Assembly (NCBI RefSeq): GCF_018977255.1
Contig: NW_024704742.1
Coordinates: 18,726,001 to 18,790,000 of the forward strand
DNA from: Callorhinchus milii
Taxonomy: Eukaryota
DNA length: 64,000 nt
Reading direction: 5' to 3'
Part shown: positions 1 to 13,040 of the stretch, in pieces
How positions within the stretch are numbered: position 1 is the stretch's first letter
Layout: each line of letters starts with the position of its first letter
Notes under the pieces: generated by a model
Databases searched by the model: none
What the model saw: only the letters and a program-made list of their open reading frames with translations
Told to the model about the DNA's origin: nothing
Position numbers and translations under genes: made by a program

Positions 1-870
1 ATGTTGATCTTCATGCATTTAAAACTCAGTTCAGAATCTGAGTTTACAAATAGTGGAGTCAGAGTAGAGCACTACTGATACATTCCTGGCTCATCACATG
101 TTTCAAATATAGAAATGTAGCTCAACAGCAATCCATTGCTAATCCCAATGAAACAAACCAGTCTTCCTTTGCACCCTCCTTTAAAACAAAAAACCCTGAT
201 ATACAATTGAAGTCAGTGGATAGCTAGAGATAAGATATGCTTGATACAATAAGCCATGAACAAACAGAACACAGACAATGGTCGAAAAACCTTCCAAACA
301 TGAAAGAATTTTGGCCTCTCAGTTAGGTTAATTTGAATGTTGAATTCCAGCATTTTTCATGGATAAAATGAACAAACGATACAATTGAAAGTCTGCAGTT
401 GCATATCCATCAAGAAGGTTATATCAGGGATTATAGGGGTGAATGTTTCTTTAGTGCTTAGATTTTAGTTTCAGTTGTCTAACTGCAGAATGGTTAGAAC
501 GTGGTGTGGACAGATTTGATATTCTTGTTAGATGTACTGCTGACGCATTGAACAAAGATTTCTTGTTTAGAATCATATCATTTTAGTTGCACACCAGTTC
601 TGATGAATGACAAAACTTCAGACTATCTTTGTCTGTTAGATGTGTTTGACCTGTTGTGCATGTTCAGCATTTTCTATTTTTATCTCAGGTTTCAAGTATT
701 CACAAATGTTTTCACTTCCTTACATGTTGGTATCATATTTATTTTGAGAAGATATTTTGATCATGTTGCTGTAGTGTTAACCAGATATTCCTAGATTTTC
801 CCAGACAGAATACGCATAGATTCTTGTCTCTTGCTCTTTCTGCTTTACTCCATCTATAACAAAAACAACT
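1..870 (-). mobile_element. Highly degenerate 5' part of a LINE (ORF1-like region followed by start of APE endonuclease), running off the left edge
   Basis: Hand translation of the minus strand gives ORF1-like pieces (RDKNLCVFCLGKS, EIKIENAEH, SLKFCHS) followed by APE-like pieces (DHCLCSVCSWL, FNCISGFFVLK) in the expected order; many stops and frameshifts. Confidence 0.4.
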
Positions 871-1639
871 GTATACAAATTTATACAATCCTTCACTCAG
901 GATAGCATTTCAGAGCGCTGCCCTGCTTTCATTACACTTTTCATTCTTTCTCTTTGAAATCAAATGTACAGCACTAATTTCCTCACCACATTCACAATAG
1001 AAGAAGGGTTTAAGTGTGGATACTGGTTGCTGTATAAGATCAGGAATCCTAAGCAATTATGTTCAGAGGAAACTGGATAACTCAGTATCTGAAATTCCAA
1101 CAGGTAAGATCATTTTGTCTTAAAATTTAACGTTATACAGAATTTTTAAAAATTCTTAACTCTCGTCTTAATTTAAAAGCCAGTTTGATGTTTAAGAACT
1201 ATGAGAAAACAAGCTTCCAAATGAAGAGTGAATTTTACAATTCTATCTAATCTTAAAATTAAAATTTTAGTTTTGTAGGCTAAAGGCTTGCTTGGAATTT
1301 CAGGTCTCAAATGTTTATTTCAGACTGTGGGAGACACTTTAATATGCCAGGAATGTGTCCTACCGCTGACAGATCCTTGGACAAGGTTGTGACAGAGTTA
1401 TAAGACAAGCTGCAAGCAAATCAGCTTCCAACAAAATTTAGTTGCTTAGTTGGTGTGTTTTGAAAAACTTTGGTTATAATCAATACAGTTACAGTTTAGT
1501 ACAAAAAGGATCATGATGCATGTGGTAACCAACACACCAACAATAAGTTAAGTGATCACATTCCTTTTGTTTATTATTTTGCAGTAAAATTACAGAATGG
1601 CTGCTTACTGCATTGAGAAAAGCAGATTGCTGCCCCCAA

Positions 1640-4127
1640 ACATCCTGGCTCCTTCCTCACTGATATTTCTTCTTCTCTTATCCCTGTCCCTCCTCACTGA
1701 ACACCTGCTCATAATGGGTGATTTCAACCTCCACCTAAACTCCCCTTGCAACACCTCCTCAGATTTCACTGCCCTCCTCTCCTCCCTAAACCTCACCCTC
1801 CATATCGACTCGCCAATCCACAACCGAGGTCACTCCCTCGACCTTGTCATCACACATGGCCTTGACATTTCTGATCTGTCCATCACTGACAAGGCCATCT
1901 CGGACCACTTCCTCATCTCCCTCTCCTCCCACATCCCCCTCCCTCTTGCACCATCTTTTTCCACCCCTAGAAAAAGCTTCCTTCTGAGTCCCTCACAAAT
2001 GCCCTCTCTTCCTCGGAAATCCTCTCCCTCTGGCCCTCCACCCGCAAGGACACTGTTTTCCACCGTCCATCACTTCCGACATGCACTCCCTCAAGTCCTC
2101 TTTATCCTCACATCAAACGTCAAGTGCGAAAAGGTCTTTAACTTCTTCCCCTCAAAGATTGCAAACATCCACTTGGCTGCATCTTTTTCCCTCCACCATG
2201 TCCCCTTCCACCCCACCCAGACCATCTATAACGCCTCCTCCCTCAGCCACGGCTCCTGCTACCCATTCCTTACACTCCTTTGCCCCCATTTCTCCCTCCT
2301 CTCTCTCAACCACAATCACCCGCATGAAGTTCACCACCTGCTGCCTCGACTCTCTCCCCACCCAGCTGCTGGTAACTCAACTCCTCTCCCCCCTGCTGGC
2401 CGACACAGTGAACCAGTCTCTCTCCTCAGGCCAAGAATGGAGCCGTGGGGTAGCCCGCAGATGACCGGGCAGATTCGGGAGGAGAAACCATTTGCTGAGA
2501 TAAAGTGGAGGCAGTTGGTTAAGTAGGACTCGAACCATGTGAATGCGGTCCGAATAATGTGGATGAGGGAGGAGAGTTGGTGGAGGAGGATGGTGTGGTC
2601 AACTGTGTTGAATGCAGGAGAGAGATCCAGGAGGACGAGGGTTCCACTCCCCCTGAAAACCACTGTCATTACACCCCTCCTCAAAAAAAAACATCATCGA
2701 TCCCTCTAATCTCTCACACTACCATCCCATCTTCAACCTGCCCTTCTTTGCCAAAGTAGTGGAATGCATTGTTGCAGGTCAAATTTGGTCACACCTTTCC
2801 CTCAACTCCCTCCTCAAGCCCCTGCAGTCCGGATTTCGCCCTGCCAACAGCACAGAGACAGCGCTTGTCCAAGTCACAAGCGACATCCTTTCTCTTAGTG
2901 ACTAGGGCTCCCTCATCCTCCTGGATCTCTCTCCTGCATTCAACACAGTTGACCACACCATCCTCCTCCACCGACTCTCCTCCCTCATCTACATTAGTGG
3001 GACCGCATTCACATGGTTCGAGTTCTACCCAACTGCCTCCATTTCATCTCAGCAAATGGTTTCTCCTCCGGAACCTGCCCGGTCATCTGCTGGGAACCCC
3101 ATGGCTCCATCCTTGGCCCTCTTCTTTTCCTCATCTATATGCTCTCTCTGGGCAATGTAATCCTCAGACATGGAGTACACTTCCATGTGTTTGGGGATGA
3201 CAAACAATTTTACTTTGCCTCCTCCAGTATCGACTCCAGGTCCGCCGATGTTCTCTCATCTTGTCTGGCAGACATCAGGGCCTGGATGAGTACAAGTGTC
3301 CTGCAGCTGAATGTGGACAAGATAGAAGCCATACTCCTTGGCTCCCGTCAACGTCTTCACTCTTGCGGATCTGAACTCCTCAACCCGGGCTCTCCCTCAG
3401 ACTCACCGAGTCAGTGCGTAATCTAGGCGTCCGGTTCGACCCCCAGCTGTCCTTCCTTCCCCACATCCGGTCCTTGACCAGGACCACCTTCCTCCACCTC
3501 TGCCGCATTGCCTGCCTCCAACCGTACCTTACCCCAAATGCAGCCAAACCTCTCGTGCATGCATTTGTCACCTCCTGCCTGGATTACTCAAATACATTCC
3601 CTGCCGGTCTCACCAGCTCCACCATTCAAAAAATGCAGCTCATTTAGAACTCTGCAGCCCGCAAACATACCCGGACCAAACTCCATACTTTCATCTCACC
3701 AGTTGTGGCCGGACTCCACTGACTCCCCATCACAGAATGTATCGACTTCAATCCTCACACTTGTGTTCAAATCCCTTCACTCCCTGGCACCTCCCTACCT
3801 CTCTGACCTACTCACTCCCCAATCCACCACCCGGTGCCTCCACTTGACTGGCACTGGTCTCCTGCTTGTCCCTCGCACCCTCCGCTCCACCATTGGAGGT
3901 TGCGCATTCAGCCACTACCCCCAAAATTTAGAACACTCTCCATGAATCCCTCTGCCTTGTCTGCTCTTTCCTCTTTTTCAAATCCCACCTGAAACCTGCC
4001 TTTTTGACCATACTTACGGTCATCTCCCCACCCCAGCTCAGAGTCAGGCTCCCCAACTGTTAAGCGCTCTAAGACGCTACCCTGCCTAGAAGACAATATG
4101 TCAGTGCCAGTTGTTGTTGTTGTTGAC
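1640..4127 (+). mobile_element. L2-clade LINE, internally deleted and decayed ORF2 (APE + RT) with 3' tail
   Basis: APE motifs IMGDFNLH, HNRGHSLDLVIT, ISDHF; RT motifs PHGSILGPLLFLIYM, FGDDKQFY, LQLNVDKIEAILLG, VRNLGVRFDPQLSF; ends in (GTT)n tail at about 4110-4125. Confidence 0.9.
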
Positions 4128-5194
4128 ATCTTTAGCTCCTAGGTGTATATTACATTAAGATACAAATCCAAAATTGATACCTTGGAATTTAAAATTTAAT
4201 ATTCATAACAAGAAGTTAGTGATCATTTGTGGTTACCAGATGTGAATGCAGTTCTGACGTGTTTTACCTTTGGGCACCTCAGAGTGCAGCCACTGTGTGG
4301 TGGTATGATGCACACGTGGTCTCTGGCAGGTGTTGCTATAACCATCTTCTTGTTCCAAATATCATCTTTTCACTTTCCCCTCCATAACACTGGAAGGTAT
4401 TGGGCTGCGTGCATTCCATCTACCAGTGACTTGGAATTCCAGTAGACAAACATTTTGTGGTGGAGGCAGTTTCACTGTTTTAGTAGTGCTCAGATCTCAG
4501 AGCATATCTTCCCAAATGCATTCAACGTGTGGGAAGTGGCAAAGCCAATTCCAGCCTAATATGCAAGGGGCTCTTTGGCAGGGTGGCAGTTTGCTGCTCG
4601 GATATCAGCAATGCAAGGGGAAAAAACTTCCCATGCTTGGAGCTCAGTGATCCAACATTGTATGAGTTTTCCTGCAGCACCGTTCCCTTCAGAACTTATG
4701 CTCTCCAGCTCTCCCTATGGTGAGGCTTCCTATGGTGCATGTTGTGTCATCAAAACCCTGCCAGCTCGTTCAGTCTCCCACACAGTAGCTCCCAAAAGTA
4801 GCTGATTCTTCAAAACCATTTCACACTGCTGAATGGGCTCAACACATTTTTATTAAACATGGAAGAAGAGTACAGGATCTTTTCAAGACAAAATGTTAAC
4901 TTATATATTTCTATTGGCTAAAAAAAATTCTTAACAGATGGGACCTATATTCATAAATATCATTTCACTTATATATAAAAGTATTTTTAAGAAGAAGATC
5001 ATGTAACATATGATATCCTTGATACAATGAAACAGAACACAAACAGATGAATTGGTCCTCTTACGGAAGTTGTGAGTTTCAAGACAAAGTAACATCCCTA
5101 TGGATTATCAAGCCTTAGTGAATCTGAACTAGTGTCCTATACTGCAATGATTTACAATTTATTGAGTCCCGAACCATTCTTATCAATAATACTC

Positions 5195-5418
5195 AGGACT
5201 GTTACATCTGCCTCCTCCAGCCCTACGATCTGAAACTCCTTCCCTCCTCCACTCTGTCTCACCTCCTCTCTTTCTGTCTTCAAAATCGGCCTCAAATCCT
5301 GCTTCTTCGACCATCATCCCTGCCCCCTCTCCCTTGCTTGGCACCCACCCTGTCTTGTAATGTGCTCCGAGACCAAACCCTATATATGAAGGGCGCTAGA
5401 TAAATGCAAGTTGTTGTT
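5195..5418 (+). mobile_element. L2 LINE 3' fragment
   Basis: TTCAAAATCGGCCTCAAATCC...TTCTTCGACC body and GGGCGCTAGATAAATGCAAGTTGTTG tail like other L2 ends here. Confidence 0.7.
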
Positions 5419-6349
5419 CTTTGTCTTGTGGATAGGGATTCCTAACTTTGCTCCTCCCGGGGTCTCCTTTCTCAAGACCCATAAACCAAGTATGGGATGA
5501 TATCCTGTGCACAAAAAGGCAGGTATGATAAAATTTGATAAGCTGTGATATTTATGTGTGAGAGATCTGATACATGTGTTGTAAAAATTGCACAAAGAAC
5601 TGACTTTTGTCTTAACACAAAGGAATTTATGTCAGACAAAAGAAACAGATGAAAATAAAGAAGTGGTAACTTGAAGGAAATGTTCAATATGCCAGCCACG
5701 TTGATCCCTTCGACTGCAATCTGTTGCATGTTTATAACAGCACACAACAACCGTAAATCAGCGGTGGTCTTAAAAAAAAAGTCTAAAATACTAGAATTAT
5801 ATTACTCCGCACCTCACCCATTAATGGGGACCAGTTAAAGTTTTTATGGTAATAAGAAGAAAAATGGCCTGTGGAATTTCATTACAATTCCATTCCATTG
5901 CACTGGTTGCGTTAATTTTCTCTCCAAATTCTGTTAGTAATTCGACGGATGTTTAGCTGGAATTTTGACCCTCAGAGGTTTGTTAATCACTATTCTGCTC
6001 TGTTTGATAAGCCTCACAAATTTGCCGCTAAGAGCTTATAAATAACGCTAATGCAATTTTTTTAAAGTATAATTTAATTGTAGCATCTTTAATCTCACAT
6101 TATTTGTGGTTTAAAATTGCGTCAGATTTGTTTTAATGGCACAGGACCAATTTTTGCTAACTTCACTGAACAGATAAATAAGGTTTAGCCCATATCCATA
6201 AATGTACTCACAAGAATTGCATGGGGTAGAATAACCCCACTGTGATAGGATCAGTGGAACAAAGTACTATCCAAAACCTTTAATGTCATTTCTATACTAG
6301 AGTTTTATGATAATTGTATTCAGATATAATTTGGACCATTGATATTGAC

Positions 6350-6500
6350 AGTGTTCATTCCCTTTTGTAGGAGATTGCTGTGCACAAAATGGCTGCCGCA
6401 TTCACCTACAAATACAGTCACTACACTTTACAGTGAATCATGCAAAGCGCCTTGAGATGTTTCAACAATGTAAAAAGGCGCTATATCAAATGCGAGGTTT
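6350..6500 (+). mobile_element. Deu-domain SINE 3' fragment
   Basis: TTGCTGTGCACAAAATGGCTGCCGC (Deu-like core) plus AAGCGCCTTGAGA...GCGCTATATCAAATGC tail. Confidence 0.7.
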
Positions 6501-7009
6501 ATAATGTAACAAAAGATGAACCAAATCCCATTCATACTCTGCTACTGCATCAGCACCATAAGGGAGAAAGCATGCAGAAAAGAGGCTGATCAATTACACT
6601 GCCAGGTTGAAAGTTTACCAACAAATTAAATGTTGTTCCAGGTAAGCAAATAACCATTAATGTTGATCTGAATTTCGGAGCTGAACAAAGATATCCAAGG
6701 AATTATTCAGATTAGGTGCGGATGGATAATTGTGAGATTCTTAAGGTTTGTATGGTTCTCCTAAGTAATTCCACTGTATGATTAAACATAGCGGGAGAAG
6801 AACATTGTAAAATAATGTATACAGCTTGGATCAGTGAAGGTGATGGCTATGTTATACAGATTCATTTTGAACTAAGAATAATGACAAGCAGCACAACTAT
6901 AAGATAGAAAAGGACACTTTATTTAAAACATGCCCAATTAATTCACTAAAAGTTAATTCTTTTGTTCTAGCAGTGCATGGAATTCAGGCATCTGAGGCAG
7001 ATCAACCAT

Positions 7010-7398
7010 GGAAACACAAGAAAAGTTCAGATTTGGAATCACATAGTCCAAACTTACATTCCAATGAAGCACTGGGGGTATGTTGCATTGTTGGAGGCGC
7101 CATCTTTCAGATGAGACGTTAAACTGAAGTCCCGTCTGCCTGTTAAGGTGGATGTCAACAATCCCAAGCTAAACAAAAAGGAAGTTTCTCTTGGTGTCTT
7201 GGCCAACAATCCCCAAATTAAATCGGTCACTCAATCACGGCTGTTTGTGGGACATTGATGTGAGCAAACTGGCTGCTGGGTTTCGCACTCAAAATACACA
7301 GTCAATTCACTTTACCGTACATCCTGTGAAGCACTTTGAGAAGCCTCAATGATGTGATAAGGCTCCATATCAAATGCAAGGATTATTATTATTATTAT
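7010..7398 (+). mobile_element. Older Deu-domain SINE (SacSINE1/AmnSINE1-like body)
   Basis: GGAGGCGCCATCTTTCAGATGAGACGTTAAAC...GGTGGATGT...TGTTTGTGGGACATTG...ATCAAATGCAAGG(ATT)n. Confidence 0.85.
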
Positions 7399-7649
7399 GA
7401 TGAAAAAAGAGAAAAAAAAGACTGCAGAACCTGATGTTGTACAGTATATAAGATTAACAAAATAAGCAGTGCACCTTAGGTTGTACTAAAACTCTGAGAA
7501 GGTCAAGCCTCTGACCACCACCTCTTGATCTGTTGGATATTCTTTAAGTGCTTTTTAGATAAGTTAAGAAACACTTGGAATATTATAAATTATATGCCAA
7601 TGTATTCACAGGTATCCCTTTGATTAAACTGATTAAACATCTAACATTA

Positions 7650-8560
7650 ACTCATAATAATTAATAATAATGATGTTCTCAATAACCTAAGACTTCTCTC
7701 ATCTAGATCCTGGAGCCGCTCGTGATACAAAAGGTCCGAGTGAATCAGCAGCGACCAGCGCACTATTTTGAGCTGATTAACTTGAGTTTTGTCCGAATTA
7801 ACAGATATATTTAAAACAGATAAGAATACAAATGAATCGGACTGGCCATTTTGTTTGATTAACCCAGTGTCCAGGGTTGACCGGCATCCACCTAAAGCTG
7901 ATTCCATTCTCAGACTGGATTTCAATATCGCACAAGGCAATTTTGTGAAAACACATACAGTGAGATTTTGATCCTTCTGAACATGAAGAAAACCATCTTG
8001 TAAATTGCATCAGTGTCCAAATCTGACTGCATTTGTGTCCTTTGAAAGTAGTGCAGTAATTTAATCTAGTGGTTTAAATTTGGTGTTAATTCTTAGCAAG
8101 AGATGCTGAGAAAAACGTAATTTGGGAACAACATTATAAAGTTTTGTTTCAGATTTGCTGTTTATTAAATTTGTCATTGAATCTGTAATTAAACATTACG
8201 TGTTTGCAGTTCTTAAAATTAATCGGCTTCCAAATTAAAAACTAATCTTTCGAATTTTCCACACTCTGTGTGATCTTATATTTCTAAGACAAATTACAGG
8301 CTTATTAGGTGGAATTTCGGGCCATTTCGGGCCATAGCACTCAAAAAAATCCTAACTTCAAATTCATTCCAAAATATGATTAATGAGCCAAAGGCACTGC
8401 ACTCTTGTCCAGGAGACCCATAGAGACTCCAAGAATCTGACGAAAATTTTAAAATACTTTTAAACAGTGCTTTCTGCCATTTACAATAGATGTGAGTTGG
8501 ATACTCTTCAGATTCTAAATACAATCTGTGACTGACCAAGATGGGCAATATCCTGTGCCA
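7650..8560 (-). mobile_element. Degenerate I/Nimb-type LINE fragment with RNase H-like region
   Basis: Minus-strand peptides in the expected order: LYLESEEYPTHI (pre-RNase H linker), LITDS, VPKLRF, ISFRWMPVNPGHWVNQ (resembles WVP.H.G..GNE). Confidence 0.4.
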
Positions 8561-9831
8561 TGACAGTGCTGTCTCTTTAAATAAAAACTAAGTACTGTAC
8601 TGGCTCTGTAAAAAAATTGCTCAATTATTTCCTTATGTTAGACAACACTGCAACACCAATCTTCCATGAAATAAACTCAGAAACACAAATTGGGTCTGGG
8701 TAATTTAGAAGTGCCTGTGGAAAATATAACTATATTAACAGTAAATTTTAACCTAATTTATGCAATGGTTTATGCAACGGAATGATCCTTTAATGTTTTA
8801 ATAAAATTTACTTTTTCTCACTATATAATGTATTCAGACCAACACAAATCTTATAGTGATTAAACATTGCCAGAAAACGAGAGCCACAGCAGAAAACAAG
8901 ATCTCCAAAGTAGATAGTTTAATATGTTTTCAACTTGTAATTTGTTGAGCCCCATGTCTAGACTTCTACAAGCCATAACGCTTTGCTTTTAGATTGCTTG
9001 GTAAATAACTGCTGACCATTGAAAAACCATCTTTACATCTTTACATTTCTTTACATCTCATAATTTACAGTTAACACTTGACCACAGTGTCTGTCATAAG
9101 CTGATCTAGAGAAGTCACAAGCTTTTTCCAACATCTTCATTTTGGAAAATTGCTTCACAAAAACAGAAGTGATTTCAAGTGATCAGCATAAGATAAAACC
9201 TAATATTTAATGCTCCACATGGGAAAATAAAGTTGGGAATACAGTTACAAAGAAAATTGAATGACAAGTAAAGTTCATGTACTTTTTATGTCCATGTCCC
9301 TTAAATAAGTGGAAGGTGCTTCCCACAAGTGATCATTAGAACTATTACTGTGATGCATTAGCTCATGCATTTGGTTAAATCATTAAAAAAAGACCTGTAA
9401 TGCAGCATCAGTTATATGGATCACAGAGGCACCATATCATGTATCACTACACATGGTAGGTACATCAAAGAAACCTTTAATTCAAAACACCAAAGGATAA
9501 AAATAACAGGTACCAATCCATTCCTGCTCAGTTCCAAATAGTCCCATAAAAGATGGCAAACATTCTCTATGAAGGCATTCTTAAAAATATTAATAGGAGC
9601 AGGAAGTATAAACAAACTTTCTAACTTTTCATAGTTCTACTATTGCAAGCAATATTACTTTCCTTCCAACTTTACAATCTGGGCATCGATGGCAATTTGA
9701 TGCAGAAAGGATATTAGTGCAGCACAGTTTAAACTGAGCAATCTTATTTTGGATTTGCAGTGCAAGCAAGGGGACCTCTTTGTCATGTCCTCTGATTATA
9801 CCTGGGTTTTGAAACTAGTCAACAATGGTAA

Positions 9832-10132
9832 AATAATCCTTCCATTTGTTATAGTGCCTTCCATGTTGGGTGGTTGTCCCAGAGCGCTTCACAGGATTTT
9901 ACTGTGAAGGGGAGTGACTATATTTCTGGATGAATGTGGCAGCCAATTGCCCACAGCAATGTCCTACAAACAGCCACTCAATCCATGACTGTTTGTGGGA
10001 CACTGCTGTATGCAATTGACCCACAAAATACACAGTCAATCTACGTTCCACTATATTTTATGCAGTGCTTTAAGACGTCTCAATGACGTGATTAGGGGCC
10101 ATATCAAATGCAAGGATTATTATTATTATATA
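9832..10132. mobile_element. Two 5'-truncated Deu-SINE fragments joined head-to-head (9832-9975 minus; 9976-10132 plus)
   Basis: CAGCAATGTCCTACAAACAGCC directly followed by ACTCAATCCATGACTGTTTGTGGGACACTGCTG; SINE tails on both outer ends. Confidence 0.8.
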
Positions 10133-10729
10133 TTATATTGTGTGCATCCATTCCCTGGTAAATGGGAGGCTCAAAAGTGGCTTGGTTGCAGTAATGTGTC
10201 CGCATGTACTGCACTATGGAATGAAATTAAATGACTGAGAAGCATGAATGAGGACTATTGTCAATTTGCATTGCGTTCAGCAGTTTCACCATTTGGATTC
10301 AGCTTCACAGATATTCAAGTGTTTGAAACAAAATTTGAATGCAGTGTGTGAAGCAAATCAATTTCCAAGGCATTTGCATGTACTTCATAAAAACCACTTG
10401 CATGCCTGCAGATTTCACTCTACTGAAATTACCATTTAAATAAAAGGTTGTGCTTCCTTTAAGAAAAAGCAACAAGAATAATTTGCAAAGGTACTGGCAT
10501 ATAGAATTTTTCAGTGTTAAGTATGCATTAATTTTTTTTTCAACTGTTTCTGTTTAGAAGGTTCATCCTGCTTTCAAATGCCCTGGTTGGCTTCTTCAGA
10601 AATTGATACACTGATGAGGCTTCTTTCAAATTTGGTTTTCATTCATCTGACTCTTTGCACAGCTTTGAGCCGTCAGATCCCTCGCATGTCCCACAGCTGC
10701 TTTCTCACCTCCAGTAAGGTTATGATATC

Positions 10730-11220
10730 ACCAGATTGCAAAGAGAGGTTCAGATGAAGTAGGACCTCTGGCTCATTTGATCTCATCCCTTCAGAATACC
10801 AACCCTACCAACTTCCCATAACAGCATCGAGTTGAATCTTAGTAATAATAATCCTTGCATTTGATATAGCGCTTTATTATGTTGTGGAGACATCTCAAAG
10901 TGCTCACAGAATATCTTCCAGTCTAAAATTCTTCCAGTTATTGTATTTACCAGTATTTAATAATCCTTGTATTTCTCATTGCACTTATAACTTTGAAATG
11001 TTTCCAACCATGTGACTGGTGATTGCTATCAGGCTTAGTGACTATATTTGTAGGCAGTCAAATTAAGTGCAGCAATGTCCCACAAATGGTAAAGAGAATG
11101 ATCAATTTCCCTGGGGGATCAGTGGCTGGGTACTTGGAGAAACTCTCATTACATTTAAAATAGTGCCATGGCTCTTCAATGTCCATCTGGACATGCAGAC
11201 ATCCGTGTTTTAATAGCTCT
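10730..11220 (-). mobile_element. CR1 3' fragment (about 10730-10840) followed by Deu-SINE fragments
   Basis: GCTCATTTGATCTCATCCCTTCAGAATA (reverse of the CR1-type tail at 30840); AATCCTTGCATTTGATATAGCGC and GCAATGTCCCACAAA. Confidence 0.6.
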
Positions 11221-11299
11221 AACTCTTCATTTTAGAATTTTAGAGTGGCCAGAAATTAGCAAATTGTTGATGACATTGAGTTTTATTACATCCACTGCC

Positions 11300-11700
11300 A
11301 CAGCACTTGGGAAGTGCTTGACTCTTTTGGAGTCTGATAATGAGCCAGGGGCAGTGGAGGGGTGACCATAAGCACGATTATAAAGGAAGGTCTTTAGGTG
11401 GGATTTGAAGGTGGGGAGAGAGAGAACAAGGTAGAGGGATTGAGTGAGAGAGTTCCAGTGTTTCGGGGCATAGTAGCTAAAGGCACAGCCACCGATGGTG
11501 GAGTGGAGGGGATGAGGGACAAATAGGAGGCCGGAGCCAGCCGAGCAGAGGGAGTGGGTGGTGGGGGGCTAGTAGGTCGGATAGGTAGGGAGGTACGAGG
11601 GCATGAAGGGATTTGAAAATGAGTGAGAGGATCTTGAAATCAATCCATTCGGTAATTGGGAGTCAGTGGAGCCTGGCAAGGATTTACCATGGACTGGAAC
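11300..11700 (-). mobile_element. L2 LINE 3' fragment
   Basis: Purine-rich reverse complement of the L2 3' region (GGGGCATAGTAGCTAAAGGCACAGCCACCGATGGTGG; GAGGATCTTGAAATCAAT). Confidence 0.8.
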
Positions 11701-12529
11701 TAGCAGTGCATTTATTTTCAGAGAAGAGAAGAAACAATAATTGGTAAGGACTTTCATCTTCCCCTCATCCCAATAATAGATCATTCTTTAATCCGGCAAA
11801 TGCTTAAAAATAATTGAGCTGAACCACAGGTGAACCTGTCTGGATAATGAATTGTTTTAGCTGAGTGGAACTAGTTGCTTGCATAAAGTTGAAGTGAATG
11901 TGGAGGCTTTGGCACTATATGATTGTCCTTAAATGTCATGTGTTTTTTAAAAAAAACATTTATGTCTCCCATTAATACTGGATAATATTTCAAATCCGAT
12001 GCTGGGTTATCCGAAGTCTGAGAGCTATTTACAAAAATGACCAAAAGCCTCTTAATGGTAGAAAGGTAGAAAGGTCAGAACATGTCATGTTATGACTGAA
12101 AGAGAATGAGATTGGAGGCACAGGCAGAGAAATGTCATGCAGTGTAAGGTTGTTAGCAGTCTCCAATGTGATCCGTCAAAAACCTGGAACAGTTATAGCT
12201 CAGTTGATAAATGTAAGTTAAACTGAGCAGAATAAAATCATCTTTCAGGCGATCACCATTTGCAAGCGTTTGCACACACCACCAATTATCTGGGAAGATT
12301 CTGAAACAAGGCTTCTAGAAATGATTATTCACATTCCAAGTCCATTTCCCACAAGTTGAACACAGCAGGTCACGTACCATACTCAGAGATACAAAAGCAT
12401 ATAATTGAGTTTGTTTCAGGAAAACAGTTTAAGTCACTGAGAGTGTGAGAAAGAGTTTTATTCTGTGGCATCTTATGGCTTCACTTCCACTATCACTTAA
12501 TTATTTAGTTTAAAATATCTTGAACAATA

Positions 12530-13030
12530 AGAAATAAGAACATAAGAATTTGCTAGGAGAAAAAAAGACTAACTTCCATTTAGTTCTCCTTCCACCATTC
12601 TGGCAGTCGCTTGACATGTCGTTTCCCAAACTATGTACTGTATCCCGAGATATTACTTTGTGGTAGAAACCTATCTAATCTTGAAACAAACAATATTTTC
12701 TGCTTCCACTGTCTGCCTACTTAATGAGTAAGGGTATTTTTGACAGCAATCTGGAGGCATGTTGACTCATGGAGTTTGTGGAATTGGAAAGATGGATTGG
12801 AAATTGGTGGAAAAAATCACCACACTGACAAAAATTATAATGAGATATTATTCAGATGAGGAAATTAGTGATTAGTGGAGCTCCTTGCAATTCAGTCCCT
12901 AGCTTCTAGTTCAATTTACGCAAAAAATTTAAATCGTGTGATCAGCAGCCAGAGGAACGTTGAAATTTTGTGCAATTTTGTTTCAATAAATTAATTCAAA
13001 TGTAATGGAATTTGGAAGGAGAATGAAGTA
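12530..13030. mobile_element. Old CR1 fragments (3' tail on minus, RT piece on plus)
   Basis: ATAAGAAATAAGAACATAAGAA tail repeats; GATGGATTGGAAATTGG and ATTAGTGGAG resemble the CR1 RT WI.NWL / SGVPQ region. Confidence 0.45.
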
Positions 13031-13040
13031 GTGTATTGAA

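Noticed and set aside
1597..2526. 309-aa ORF, the longest in the window
   Set aside because: Chimeric reading of a decayed L2 APE region running out of frame into the inverted segment; not a gene.
10661..10711. Possible 51-nt plus-strand exon with AG/GTAAG boundaries
   Set aside because: Peptides not recognised; such signals are expected by chance in 64 kb.
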